64,000 nucleotides of DNA from Flavobacteriales bacterium (GTDB lineage Bacteria; Bacteroidota; Bacteroidia; UBA10329): NCBI GenBank assembly GCA_021739625.1, contig JAIPBJ010000006.1, positions 5,334 through 69,333 of the forward strand, read 5' to 3'. Shown here one piece after another: positions 18,934 to 29,000 of the stretch (the stretch's first letter is position 1; each line of letters opens with the position of its first letter). Both the position numbers and the translations under genes were made by a program. The notes beneath the pieces were generated by a model. The model saw nothing but the letters and a program-made list of their open reading frames with translations. It was not told the origin of the DNA and searched no databases.

Positions 18934-19962
18934 ATGAAAGACACCTCCCCTCTCGGATTCTTCGAACGTTATCTCACCATCTGGGTCGCACTTTGCATAG
19001 CGGTCGGGGTGGGCATCGGGGTCTTGCTGGGCGATAGGATGGAGGTGCTCAGCGGCCTGAATATGTTCGGCATCAACCTGCCCATCACCATCCTTGTCTG
19101 GCTCATGATCTTTCCCATGATGCTTCAGGTGGATCTCTCGAAAGTGGGCGAAATAGGTCGTCAACCGAAGGGGATTCTCCTGACGCTGGTCATCAACTGG
19201 CTCATCAAACCGTTCAGCATGGCGTTCATCGCGTGGCTGTTCTTCAGCAAGGTGTTCGCTGCATGGCTCACGCCCGAGCAGGCCGAGCAGTATCTGGCCG
19301 GGGCCATCCTATTGGGTGTTGCACCCTGCACGGCCATGGTGTTCGTGTGGAGTTATCTCACCAAAGGCAATCCGCTCTACACGCTTGTGCAAGTGAGCAT
19401 CAACGACCTCATTATTCTCATTGCCTTCATTCCGCTGGTAGGGCTGCTGCTGGGGGTGAGTGGCGTGGAGATCCCATACAGTACGCTGGTCACCTCGGTC
19501 ATCCTGTTCGTAGCCGTACCGCTTCTGGCCGGCTATCTGGTGCGCAGGGCCGTGCTGGCCTCAAAGGGGCAGGAGTGGTTTGAGAAGACGTTACTGCCAG
19601 CTTTCAAGCCTGTGTCCATCATAGCCCTGCTCACCACGCTGCTGCTGCTTTTCGCCTTTCAGGGCGAGACCATCATCGGGCAGCCGCTTGTGATCCTTCT
19701 CATTGCTGTGCCGTTGACCATCCAGACCTACCTCATCTTCTTCGTCACCTGGGGTGCAGGCAGATGGCTGAAGCTGCCGCACAATGTATGCGCCCCCGCC
19801 AGCATGATCGGGGCCAGCAATTTCTTCGAATTGGCAGTGGCGGTGGCCATTGCGCTCTTCGGACTGCATTCGGGCGCGGCACTCGCCACTGTTGTCGGAG
19901 TATTGATAGAGGTGCCGGTGATGCTGAGTCTGGTGGCCTTGGCCAACCGATGGAGGTATTGA
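18934..19962 (+). CDS. acr3: Arsenite efflux transporter, ACR3 family
   Basis: ~10-TM profile with ACR3-typical N-terminus (FFERYLTIWVALCIAVGVGIGV) and conserved Cys/Pro-rich TM segments; first ATG at 18934. Confidence 0.85.
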   Translation: MKDTSPLGFFERYLTIWVALCIAVGVGIGVLLGDRMEVLSGLNMFGINLPITILVWLMIFPMMLQVDLSKVGEIGRQPKGILLTLVINWLIKPFSMAFIAWLFFSKVFAAWLTPEQAEQYLAGAILLGVAPCTAMVFVWSYLTKGNPLYTLVQVSINDLIILIAFIPLVGLLLGVSGVEIPYSTLVTSVILFVAVPLLAGYLVRRAVLASKGQEWFEKTLLPAFKPVSIIALLTTLLLLFAFQGETIIGQPLVILLIAVPLTIQTYLIFFVTWGAGRWLKLPHNVCAPASMIGASNFFELAVAVAIALFGLHSGAALATVVGVLIEVPVMLSLVALANRWRY

Positions 19963-20044
19963 TGGAAGCCTGCAAAGGGAGGGCAGCAGACCTGACCCCT
20001 GTTGCCAGTCCATTGCAGACCTTTGGCAGCCAAAGCCGCACCGC

Positions 20045-20944
20045 TTGAGCACCACCAGACGCCTTGAGACCATCACAGTTCCTGCACTGGCCGCCACCGT
20101 GCGCCTGTCAGACCTGCCGCACCACTATTTCGGGACCATCGCATCGCGCAAGGGACTTAAAAAGGCCATCGACAAGGGGCTTGTGACGGTCAATGGGCGT
20201 GTGGCATATTCTGGCGACCATATCAGCGGTGGCGAGACCATCGAGCGTTTTGAGGCCATGCAGCAGCAGAGCCCCATCCTTGAACTCAAGGTGAAAGTGC
20301 TTTATGAGGATGAACATCTGGCAGTGGTATGCAAACCTGCCGGACTTGAAGTGAGCGGTAATCGCAAGTGGACACTGCAACACGCCCTGGCCTTCAATCT
20401 CACTGCCAGTTCGCAGCCCGATGCACTGCCCCGTCCCGAGCCTGTCCATCGGATCGACCATCCGACCACTGGGGCCGTCCTGGTTGGGAAGACAGTGGCG
20501 GCAGTCATGGCGCTCAACCGCCTTTTTGAAACTCGGGCGGTGACCAAGACCTACCACGCCATCTGCATCGGACACATGCCCACATGCGGTGAAATGATCA
20601 CTCCAGTGGACGACAAACCTTCCAGTGCGTCATTCACCGTACTGTCCTGTTTAGCGTCCACGAAATATGGTGGCCTCAATCTTCTGTGTCTGCATCCGCA
20701 TACCGGGCGAAGGCATCAGCTCCGCAAGCAGCTGGCAGAAATGGGCAATCCGATCCTTGGCGACCGCGAATATGGGATTGAAGGGCGCATCATGACGGGC
20801 AACGGGCTCTATCTGCATGCATCGTCACTCCGGTTCACGCACCCTGTGACCAACGGGGAAATGACCGTGAAGGCCGATCTGCCGAAGAAATTCCTGAAGT
20901 TGTTTCCCGATTTGGAATCTGGTACTTTGATGAGGATTGACTGA
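20045..20944 (+). CDS. RluA-family pseudouridine synthase
   Basis: Catalytic-Asp motif HRIDHPTTGAVLVGKT; S4-like N-terminal region. Confidence 0.8.
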   Translation: MSTTRRLETITVPALAATVRLSDLPHHYFGTIASRKGLKKAIDKGLVTVNGRVAYSGDHISGGETIERFEAMQQQSPILELKVKVLYEDEHLAVVCKPAGLEVSGNRKWTLQHALAFNLTASSQPDALPRPEPVHRIDHPTTGAVLVGKTVAAVMALNRLFETRAVTKTYHAICIGHMPTCGEMITPVDDKPSSASFTVLSCLASTKYGGLNLLCLHPHTGRRHQLRKQLAEMGNPILGDREYGIEGRIMTGNGLYLHASSLRFTHPVTNGEMTVKADLPKKFLKLFPDLESGTLMRID

Positions 20945-20973
20945 TGCCCGGCAGCCGATGATCCAAGGCCTGT

Positions 20974-21504
20974 TCAGTCAAGTTTCACTCCAAGGTGGTG
21001 CATCACTTTGAGCGTAAGGTCGTCCCCTTCGGGCGCTACGATGATGATGGAATTCCCAGTGCCATCGGCCGAGTTGAACACATGCGTGTAGGCCTCCTTG
21101 GCAGCCACCTCTTTCATGGCCTTCTGAATCTGCTGTGCGATGGGACGGATGAGGTCTGAACGCTTCTGGGCCAGTTCCTGCTCGGCATTCGCCAGTGCCG
21201 CATCGTAGGCCGCCTGCGTGGCCTTGAGCTCGCTGCTGGCAATGATGCGGCCGGCATCGGTCAGTTCACCCTTCTTCTCCTTGGTCTGAAATGATACATA
21301 CTTTGCTTCCAATTCCGACTTCTGCTTCTCCAGTTCCGCCTGCCGCTCCATCATGAAACGGTCGAGGATGCGGTTCATCTCCTTAGCCTCGTCCATCCGC
21401 GAGAGCACCTGCTCCATATAGACATGGCCAATGCGAGGGCTGTTGTCCACTGACATCGAGAGTGTTAATAGACCTGCGAGGAATGCGATGGCTGCGTTTT
21501 TCAT
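20974..21504 (-). CDS. skp: OmpH/Skp-family periplasmic chaperone
   Basis: Signal peptide plus long coiled-coil region rich in E/K/A/Q, ~176 aa, typical of OmpH. Confidence 0.75.
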   Translation of the reverse strand: MKNAAIAFLAGLLTLSMSVDNSPRIGHVYMEQVLSRMDEAKEMNRILDRFMMERQAELEKQKSELEAKYVSFQTKEKKGELTDAGRIIASSELKATQAAYDAALANAEQELAQKRSDLIRPIAQQIQKAMKEVAAKEAYTHVFNSADGTGNSIIIVAPEGDDLTLKVMHHLGVKLD

Positions 21505-21565
21505 TATGAACGGTCAAGTGGTTTAGTATTGCTTATTTCGCCTGCAAGTTAGGCCCCCTGCCCGC

Positions 21566-22297
21566 ATGCGGTATCCGTTGCTCTTTTTCCGGTCGCTCTC
21601 CTTCGCAGTGCTGACACTGGGATGCACTTTCACGGTGGTCATAGGCCGCATTTCGGGGCGACCGCACACCTTCTCGCTCAAGGTCCAGCAGTTCTGGAGC
21701 AAGGCCATGCTGCGAAGCTGGGGCGTTCGCACAGTGCTTCATGGCACACCCCCCAAAGGAGGGCTCATCATGTCCAATCATCAGAGCTATCTCGATATCT
21801 GGATGATTCCCAAGTACTGCATCAGCGTGTTCGTGGCCAAGGCAGAGGTAAGGAGAATGGCCCTTGTGGGATGGGGGGCCAGTTCGGTGAATACGGTGTA
21901 TGTGGACCGCACAAGCAAGGACAGCCGCAGCAGGACCCGAGAGGCCATTGCCGACCGTCTGCGCAAGGGACGCTCGGTGATCATCTTCCCTGAAGGGACC
22001 ACGCATTCAGGAAAGGAAATGCTGCCGCTGAAACCGGGCATGTTCTATGCTGCTGCCGAAGAGGGCTTTCCCATCATCCCTGTGGCCATTGCCTATGAGG
22101 ATGCTGGTCTGATCTGGGTAGGCGATGAACCGATAGGCAAGAACTTCTTCAGGAATTTCGGACGTTGGCGCAGCACTGCGCACATCCATTATGGGGAACC
22201 GATCACCGGAAATGACCCGGAAGCAATGATGCAGCAGGTGAAGGATTGGATTGAAAGCGAGAAGGACCGCTTGCTGACACAGGCCAAGGACCGCTAA
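21566..22297 (+). CDS. plsC: 1-acyl-sn-glycerol-3-phosphate acyltransferase (lysophospholipid acyltransferase)
   Basis: Acyltransferase motifs NHQSYLD (HX4D) and FPEGTT. Confidence 0.8.
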   Translation: MRYPLLFFRSLSFAVLTLGCTFTVVIGRISGRPHTFSLKVQQFWSKAMLRSWGVRTVLHGTPPKGGLIMSNHQSYLDIWMIPKYCISVFVAKAEVRRMALVGWGASSVNTVYVDRTSKDSRSRTREAIADRLRKGRSVIIFPEGTTHSGKEMLPLKPGMFYAAAEEGFPIIPVAIAYEDAGLIWVGDEPIGKNFFRNFGRWRSTAHIHYGEPITGNDPEAMMQQVKDWIESEKDRLLTQAKDR

Positions 22298-22941
22298 AGG
22301 CCCTTGATCCAGATCACCGACTTGGTCTCGAAATAATCCTCATTGAAGAAGGACTGAATCGGAATGATGCGTGCCGTCATCTTGGCTGCACTCATTTCCT
22401 CGGCAAGGTCACCGCCCTTGAGGGCCAGCAGTCCACGGACAGACTTGGCGGTCTTGGGATCCAAGCGCCCGCGCAGCCACTGTTTCAGTTGCGATAGCGG
22501 TGCCACGGCACGGGTCACCACAACATCGTAGGTGTGTGGCAGCAGCTCCACACGGGCCTGTTCTGCGGTCACATTCTCCAGACCGAGTGCTTCGGCCACA
22601 CCGTTCACCACCTTGATCTTCTTTCCTATGCTGTCCACCAGATGGAACGTACAGTTGGGAAACATGATGGCTAACGGTATGCCCGGAAATCCACCGCCAG
22701 TGCCTACATCCAGCACTACGGTTCCATCATCGAACGGAGCAGCTTTGGCAATGGCCAACGAATGCAGCACGTGGTGAACATAGAAGGACTCCATGTCCTT
22801 TCGCGAGATCACATTGATCTGCGCATTCCATTCCTCATAGAGCGGCAGCAACTGCGCGAACTGCGCCTGCTGCCTTGCCGTGAGGTTCGGAAAATACTTG
22901 GAAATGACAGTGATTTCATCAGCCATCTCAGCCTCGACCAA
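22294..22941 (-). CDS. rsmG: 16S rRNA (guanine527-N7)-methyltransferase RsmG/GidB
   Basis: GidB-like SAM-binding pattern (VLDVGTGGGFPGIPLAIMFPNCTFHLVDSIGKKIKVV). Confidence 0.85.
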   Translation of the reverse strand: MVEAEMADEITVISKYFPNLTARQQAQFAQLLPLYEEWNAQINVISRKDMESFYVHHVLHSLAIAKAAPFDDGTVVLDVGTGGGFPGIPLAIMFPNCTFHLVDSIGKKIKVVNGVAEALGLENVTAEQARVELLPHTYDVVVTRAVAPLSQLKQWLRGRLDPKTAKSVRGLLALKGGDLAEEMSAAKMTARIIPIQSFFNEDYFETKSVIWIKGL

Positions 22942-22973
22942 CTTTGAACCGTGAACTTCGAACCCGCGCTGCG

Positions 22974-23588
22974 TCAGATCTTCTCCTTACTGTTCTTCAG
23001 GATATTGTAGAGGAATTCGCGCGCACGGAACAGCTGCGCCTTCACAGTGCCCAGCGGCAGTTCCAACTCAGTGGCGATCTCCTCATAGCTGTATTCCTTA
23101 AAATAGCGCAATTCGACAAGTGTGCGATAGCGCGGCTTCAGTCGCTCTACCAGTCCTTGCATCAACAGTGCCTTCTGCGCTTTGATGTAGGTCTCTTCGG
23201 GATCGAGGGTGTTGCTCGGCACATCAAAGGTCATTTCACCACCGTCAGTACCTTCAATCGGCTTGTCAAGCGAATAGACGTGCTTCTTCTTCTTGCGGAT
23301 GAAATCGATGCAGTTGTTGGATGCGATCTTGAAAAGCCACGTACTGAAAGCATAATTCGGGGTGTACTGATGGAGCTTGTTGAACGCCTTTCCGAATGCC
23401 TCTATGGTCAGATCGTCAGCATCGTCCTTGTTGTTCACCATCTTGAGCAACATGAAATAGATGCTGTCGCGATAGCGGTCCATGAGCAGCGCATATGCCT
23501 TCTGGTCGCCACGCTCCACGGCCGCCTTCACCAGACGGTAATCATACTGAGCTTTCTCAGAGAGGTCCGGGTTGAACTCTACTTCCAT
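22974..23588 (-). CDS. RNA polymerase sigma-70 family ECF sigma factor
   Basis: Region 2 (LLMDRYRDSIYFMLLKMVNNKDDADDLTIEAFGKAFNKLHQY..FSTWLFKIASNNCIDFIRKK) and region 4 HTH (YRTLVELRYFKEYSYEEIATELELPLGTVKAQLFRAREFL). Confidence 0.85.
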   Translation of the reverse strand: MEVEFNPDLSEKAQYDYRLVKAAVERGDQKAYALLMDRYRDSIYFMLLKMVNNKDDADDLTIEAFGKAFNKLHQYTPNYAFSTWLFKIASNNCIDFIRKKKKHVYSLDKPIEGTDGGEMTFDVPSNTLDPEETYIKAQKALLMQGLVERLKPRYRTLVELRYFKEYSYEEIATELELPLGTVKAQLFRAREFLYNILKNSKEKI

Positions 23589-24721
23589 GCAGTAGGTGGT
23601 TTAATGAGTACGGAGGCACTTGCCAACGCGTTGAAGATCGGTGAGAACACGTCTCCCAGCAGCGAAAATAAGAAAAGGTCGGGTTCTTTCAGAAGCCGCG
23701 TGGTGGCTCGCATGATCGACAAGTGACATACCCATTTCACTGCGAGCGCCACAAAGGCCGACCAATAAATGGATTGAATCGACAGAACCACAATAAACGC
23801 CCCATAGAAGCAGATTGCAGAGAAACTGTAAATCCCCAGAAAAATTTTCGACTCCCACCGATAAAGCCCCGGTGTGGTCAGATGTCTGCGTTTCTGGTGC
23901 CACCATGTGGCCAAAGTGTCCTTGGGGGCCGACAGGGTGTGCGCATCGCCATGAACCGCTATCGTGGTGTTGGCCCCTGTCGAGACCTCGTTCACCAACA
24001 GATCGTCATCGCCCGAAGCTACATGGCGGTGTTTGATGAATCCCTTGGTCTGAAAGAACAGTTCCTTGCGGTAGGCGAGGTTGCGCCCAACACCCATGTA
24101 GGGCCGGCCGGCCAATGCATAGGACAGGTATTGCAGGGCTATGTGCAATGCCTCGTAGCGATACAGCTTATTCAATAGACCTGGGCGTTTTTCAAACCCC
24201 CCGTAGCCAAGCACTACCTCTTTGCCGTCCACCATTGCTGCGCTCATCCGCCTAAGCCACTGGTCGCTACGTGGGCGGCAGTCGGCATCGGTGAAGACGA
24301 GACGGTCATACTTCGCTCCTTTGATGCCCATGGACACTGCGAACTTCTTGCCGCGCATGTTGGCATTGTCACGGTTCAGGTCGATGGAATGAAGATGAGG
24401 GAATGCCTTTTTCCATTCGTGCAGCAGGATGTCGGTCTCGTCAGTGCTGTGGTCGTTCACCACGATTACCTCAAACTGCGGATGGTCCTGATTGAGCACC
24501 GACTCCAGATGCCTACGGAGATTCTCCTCCTCGTTCCATGCACAGATGATGACCGAGACGGGCTCTGTGCCCAATTTCTCCTCTTCCACCTTGTAGAACA
24601 GCAACCTCACGAAGAAATATAGATAGTAGAACAGCTGCACCACAAGCGCAGCCCCCAGCACCGCAAGCGCAGCGGTCTGCCATGCATGGACAAGCAATAT
24701 GTTGGGGATAAGGATTTCCAC
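23579..24721 (-). CDS. Family 2 glycosyltransferase (GT-A) with N- and C-terminal TM segments
   Basis: GT2 motifs VSVIICAWNEEENL...FEVIVVNDHSTDETD...VFTDADCRP. Confidence 0.8.
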   Translation of the reverse strand: MEILIPNILLVHAWQTAALAVLGAALVVQLFYYLYFFVRLLFYKVEEEKLGTEPVSVIICAWNEEENLRRHLESVLNQDHPQFEVIVVNDHSTDETDILLHEWKKAFPHLHSIDLNRDNANMRGKKFAVSMGIKGAKYDRLVFTDADCRPRSDQWLRRMSAAMVDGKEVVLGYGGFEKRPGLLNKLYRYEALHIALQYLSYALAGRPYMGVGRNLAYRKELFFQTKGFIKHRHVASGDDDLLVNEVSTGANTTIAVHGDAHTLSAPKDTLATWWHQKRRHLTTPGLYRWESKIFLGIYSFSAICFYGAFIVVLSIQSIYWSAFVALAVKWVCHLSIMRATTRLLKEPDLFLFSLLGDVFSPIFNALASASVLIKPPTAWK

Positions 24722-24795
24722 AGCTCAGATATGGGACAGGTCGTAGTGGCCGATGACAGGGTGCGTTCCCTCACCCGGACCTTGAACACGGAACC

Positions 24796-26001
24796 TTGAA
24801 CCCATTGCCCAAAACTACCCGCACCCCCGATGGACGTTCACTTACCTTTGGCCGACTTATGAACATGGGGCTGGGATTTCAGATCAATGCCAAGGACAAG
24901 GGTTCCAAGGCACGTGCAGGGACATTCAAAACCGCGCATGGAGAGGTGCAGACGCCCATCTTCATGCCTGTTGGCACCATTGGCACAGTGAAAGGCGTGC
25001 ATCAGCATGAGCTGCGTGATGACATCCGCGCTCAGATCATTCTCAGCAATACCTATCACCTTTATCTGCGGCCCGGCATGGAGACGCTTGAAAAGGCGGG
25101 AGGGCTGCACCGTTTCATGGGCTGGAATGGCCCCATCCTTACAGACAGTGGTGGCTATCAGGTCTATTCATTGGGCCATCGCAGAAAGATCAAGGAAGAA
25201 GGCGTGACATTCCGTTCACACATCGATGGGTCGAAGCACTTCTTCAGCCCTGAGAGCGCAATGGATATTCAGCGCACTATCGGGGCCGACATCATTATGG
25301 CGTTTGACGAATGCACCCCTTACCCTTGCGACTATCATTATGCCAGACGGTCGATGGACATGACCCACCGTTGGCTGAAGCGCTGCTGCGACCATTTCGA
25401 TGGCACAGGGCCGAAATACGGTTTCCATCAGGCCCTGCTCCCCATTGTTCAAGGCTCTACCTATAAAGACCTGCGGATAAGGTCGGCAGAGACCATCGCA
25501 TCTTTCGACCGCGAGGCGAATGCCATCGGTGGCCTCAGCGTGGGCGAACCCGATGAGGAGATGTACGCCATGACCGATATCGTCTGCGGCATCCTTCCAG
25601 AAGACAGGCCGCGCTATCTGATGGGCGTAGGCACCCCTGTGAACCTCTTGGAGAACATCGCCCTGGGCATCGACATGTTCGACTGTGTGATGCCCACCCG
25701 CAATGCGCGCCACGGACTGCTTTACACGTGGGATGGCATGATCAACATCAAGAACAGGAAGTGGGAGCACGATTTCGGCCTGCTCGACCCCAAGGGAACT
25801 TCCTACGTGGACACGGCCTATTCCAAGGCATACCTGCGTCACCTGTTCCAGACCAAGGAGCTTCTCGGGCCACAGATCGCCAGCATCCACAATCTGGCCT
25901 TCTATCTCGACCTGATGCGCACCGCCCGCGAACACATTGTTTCCGGTGATTTCAGAGAATGGAAGGACGGGGCCGTGGGAACTTTGGCTCAGCGACTTTA
26001 A
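24796..26001 (+). CDS. tgt: Queuine tRNA-ribosyltransferase (true start may be an internal ATG around 24862)
   Basis: TGT hallmark motifs FMPVGT, LTDSGG, MAFDECTPY, zinc site CxCxxC...H. Confidence 0.9.
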   Translation: MNPLPKTTRTPDGRSLTFGRLMNMGLGFQINAKDKGSKARAGTFKTAHGEVQTPIFMPVGTIGTVKGVHQHELRDDIRAQIILSNTYHLYLRPGMETLEKAGGLHRFMGWNGPILTDSGGYQVYSLGHRRKIKEEGVTFRSHIDGSKHFFSPESAMDIQRTIGADIIMAFDECTPYPCDYHYARRSMDMTHRWLKRCCDHFDGTGPKYGFHQALLPIVQGSTYKDLRIRSAETIASFDREANAIGGLSVGEPDEEMYAMTDIVCGILPEDRPRYLMGVGTPVNLLENIALGIDMFDCVMPTRNARHGLLYTWDGMINIKNRKWEHDFGLLDPKGTSYVDTAYSKAYLRHLFQTKELLGPQIASIHNLAFYLDLMRTAREHIVSGDFREWKDGAVGTLAQRL

Positions 26002-26038
26002 TCTCCAGGGCTGATAGTTCAGTATCCGCAGAATCTGG

Positions 26039-29000
26039 TCACCTCATCAGATTAACGTGGCCCACGTAATGGTGCGGCTCTCCTTTGATGTCCACTATAT
26101 TGAACATGTAAACATAGACGCCCTGCTGCACGGGATGCCCGTTCTTGGTGCCGTCCCAGGGGAATTCCATGTCGCCAGACTCGAATATCTGCGAACCCCA
26201 TCGGTCGAAGATGACCATCTGATAGCTGGCCACTCCCACCCCGGTGCCATAGAAGGTCTGGTTGTGCGCATCGCTGTTGGGTGTGAACGTGTTCGGGATG
26301 TAGAAGTAGTATTCGGGATCCACAATCACCACGGTCTGTGCGGTGTCCATACAGCCGAACTGCGTGCTCACATACTGCGTGATAGTGAAGGTGCCGGTGT
26401 CCTGATAGTTGTGTGTCACATGCTGAATATCATACCATGTCCCATCACCGAGGTCATAGGTCCATGAGGAAATGTTCGGACTGCTGAGGTCTGTGACCCG
26501 CATGCGCGCAAAAAGCAGTTCAGCCCTGCGGGGATCGACATCGAACCATGCGTCAGGCTTTGGATACTCGGTGATATAGTCCTGATAGGTGGCTGATGAG
26601 ATGCAACCGTTGCCAGAGGTGACCACGAGCGATACGGTGAAGACACCTTCATCGAACGGGCCAAGTGTATCTGTGTGATAGATGTTGACAGGGAATTGCC
26701 CATAGACACTGTCGGTCCCATCTCCGAAGTCCCACTGCCACGAGGCAAGACTGTAAGGGACGGGGATCGTGGTCTGATCCAAGAACTGAACAAGGAAAGG
26801 CTGGCAGCCTCTGGTCGTGTCCACGGTGAATGCTACCCGGGGCAAGGGATAGATCTCGACCGCATGCGTCACCGTGTCCACACAGCCATGGTTGCTTATC
26901 ACAGCAAAGGTCACATCATAGAATCCTTCGTCATTGTACAGATGAACAGGGTCAGGAATTGTGGATAGATTCCCATCACCGAACTGCCACGACCATTGCA
27001 CCAACGAGTCGTTGGGATAGTTGTCCAATGTACTGAGGTCACCGAACGCAGTCGAATCCTGATGACAGTTGGCGATATTGTCACTGAACATGGCTGCCGG
27101 TTTCGGATGAACTCGGGCCGGACCGATGACAGTATCATGCATACAGCCATTCTCGCTGGTCACGGTGAGTGTGATCTCATAGTCGCCCCATGAGTCGTAG
27201 TAGTGAACAGGATGTTGATCCACCGTGTTGATGTTGGCATCTCCGAACCGCCAGTCCCAGCCTGTTATGAGGTCGCTCCCTGCTAAGGTGCTCAGGTCTG
27301 TGAAGGATGTCGGGAGTGGAAAACAGACCGTGTCAAAAGTGAATGAGGCCACTGGCACAGCGAAAATCTCCAAGGCATGATACATGGTGTCGCGGCAGCC
27401 GTGGTCGCTCACCACTATAAGTTCCACATCATAGATGCCATGCGTGCCGAAATAGTATGGGCCGGGCGCAGTCGCATCCATCAGGGTGCCATCATCCAAA
27501 TCCCAAAGATTCTGCTCAATGGTACCGCTGGGAACCGTTGAACCGTTCACGAAAACAGCAGGGTCATAAAGGCAGACATCATTCACAGCGAACAAGGCCA
27601 CTGGAAGATCGAACACTTCTGCCGCGTGGGTAACCGTGTCGCGGCATCCATTGTCGGTCTCCACCATCAGCGTCACATCGAAAGAGCCGCTTGAAGTGTA
27701 GATATATGCGGTGTCCTGGGCTGAAGAGGTTCCGCCATCATCGAAATCCCACTCCCATTGCACAACCGATGAACCTGCTGCCACCATAGACTGGTCTGTG
27801 AACTGGCTGGCATCGTTCAGGCATTCATCAGTAAAACCAAAATCTGCATCAGGCTTAGGGTGCACAACCACCGTTCTGACAACGAGGTCCACACAGCCCT
27901 CATCAGTGGTGGTGGTCAACTGCACCTGATAGTTGCCCCCCGGTTGGAAGATATGGGTCGGATCCTGTTGCACGGAGGATCCTCCATCCCCGAAACTCCA
28001 GCTCCATCCCACGATGCTGCCACTGCTCACAACGCTTGTGTCTGTGAAGCCTGTGAAGAGTTCAGCGCACACCGTGTCATTCACAAATCCGGGCTGCGGT
28101 GATGGATAGACGGTCACCTGATGCACAATGGTATCAGAACAGCCAAATGGGGTGAAGGAGATGAGCCGGGCATCGTAGGTGCCCGATATGGTATAAATGT
28201 AATTGGGGTTCTGCTGTGCACTGCTTCCCCCATCCCCGAAATCCCACGCCCACTGAACAATGCCATCGGGGTGGGAAGACTGGTCGCTGAACGCAGATGC
28301 CAAACCTTCGCAGGCCTGCTGAACGCTGAAATCCGCCACGGGCGGGGCATGCACGATCACAGGTAGAATTGCCTGCCCTTCGCAGCCGAGGTCGGTGTTC
28401 ACCGTTAGTTCCACATTGTAAGTTCCGCTCGTGCCGTAGGTGTGCAGCACATCCTGGGTCACTGCCTGCGTCAAGTCGTCCAGATCCCATTCCCAAGTGT
28501 TGATGACACCTGAAAGTGTCGTGCTCCTGTCGCTCAGGTCATTCGGGTCATTCAAGCAGACTTCAGTGGCTATGAAATCGGCTACAGGATTGTAATAGAC
28601 CTCCACCTGATGGGTCACCGAATGTGAACATACGCCCAGCGAGGCAGTCAGTTCCACATCATAGATGCCTCCGGCCGTGAAGATGTGCGAAGGATTCTGC
28701 GAAGTCGATGTGGCCCCACCATTGTCAAAATCCCACTGCCAAGTGTCTATGACCCCAGCGGTAATTGAGGCGGCATCGGTGAATGAGGTTGCCGTGCCCT
28801 GACACTCAAGCGTGAAAGTAAACTCTGCCGTCACCGTCTCCTCTTCAAGCAGGATATCGGTCACCTCACACTGACTTCCAAGGGTGTAGCGCGCTTGGAA
28901 AGTGCCCGTACCAAAGTTGTTGGCCGACACGTTGAGCACCGCGTTGGTCTGCCCAACGAGTGCCACACCCTCGCGGAACCACTGCCAAGTACCTCCGGCA

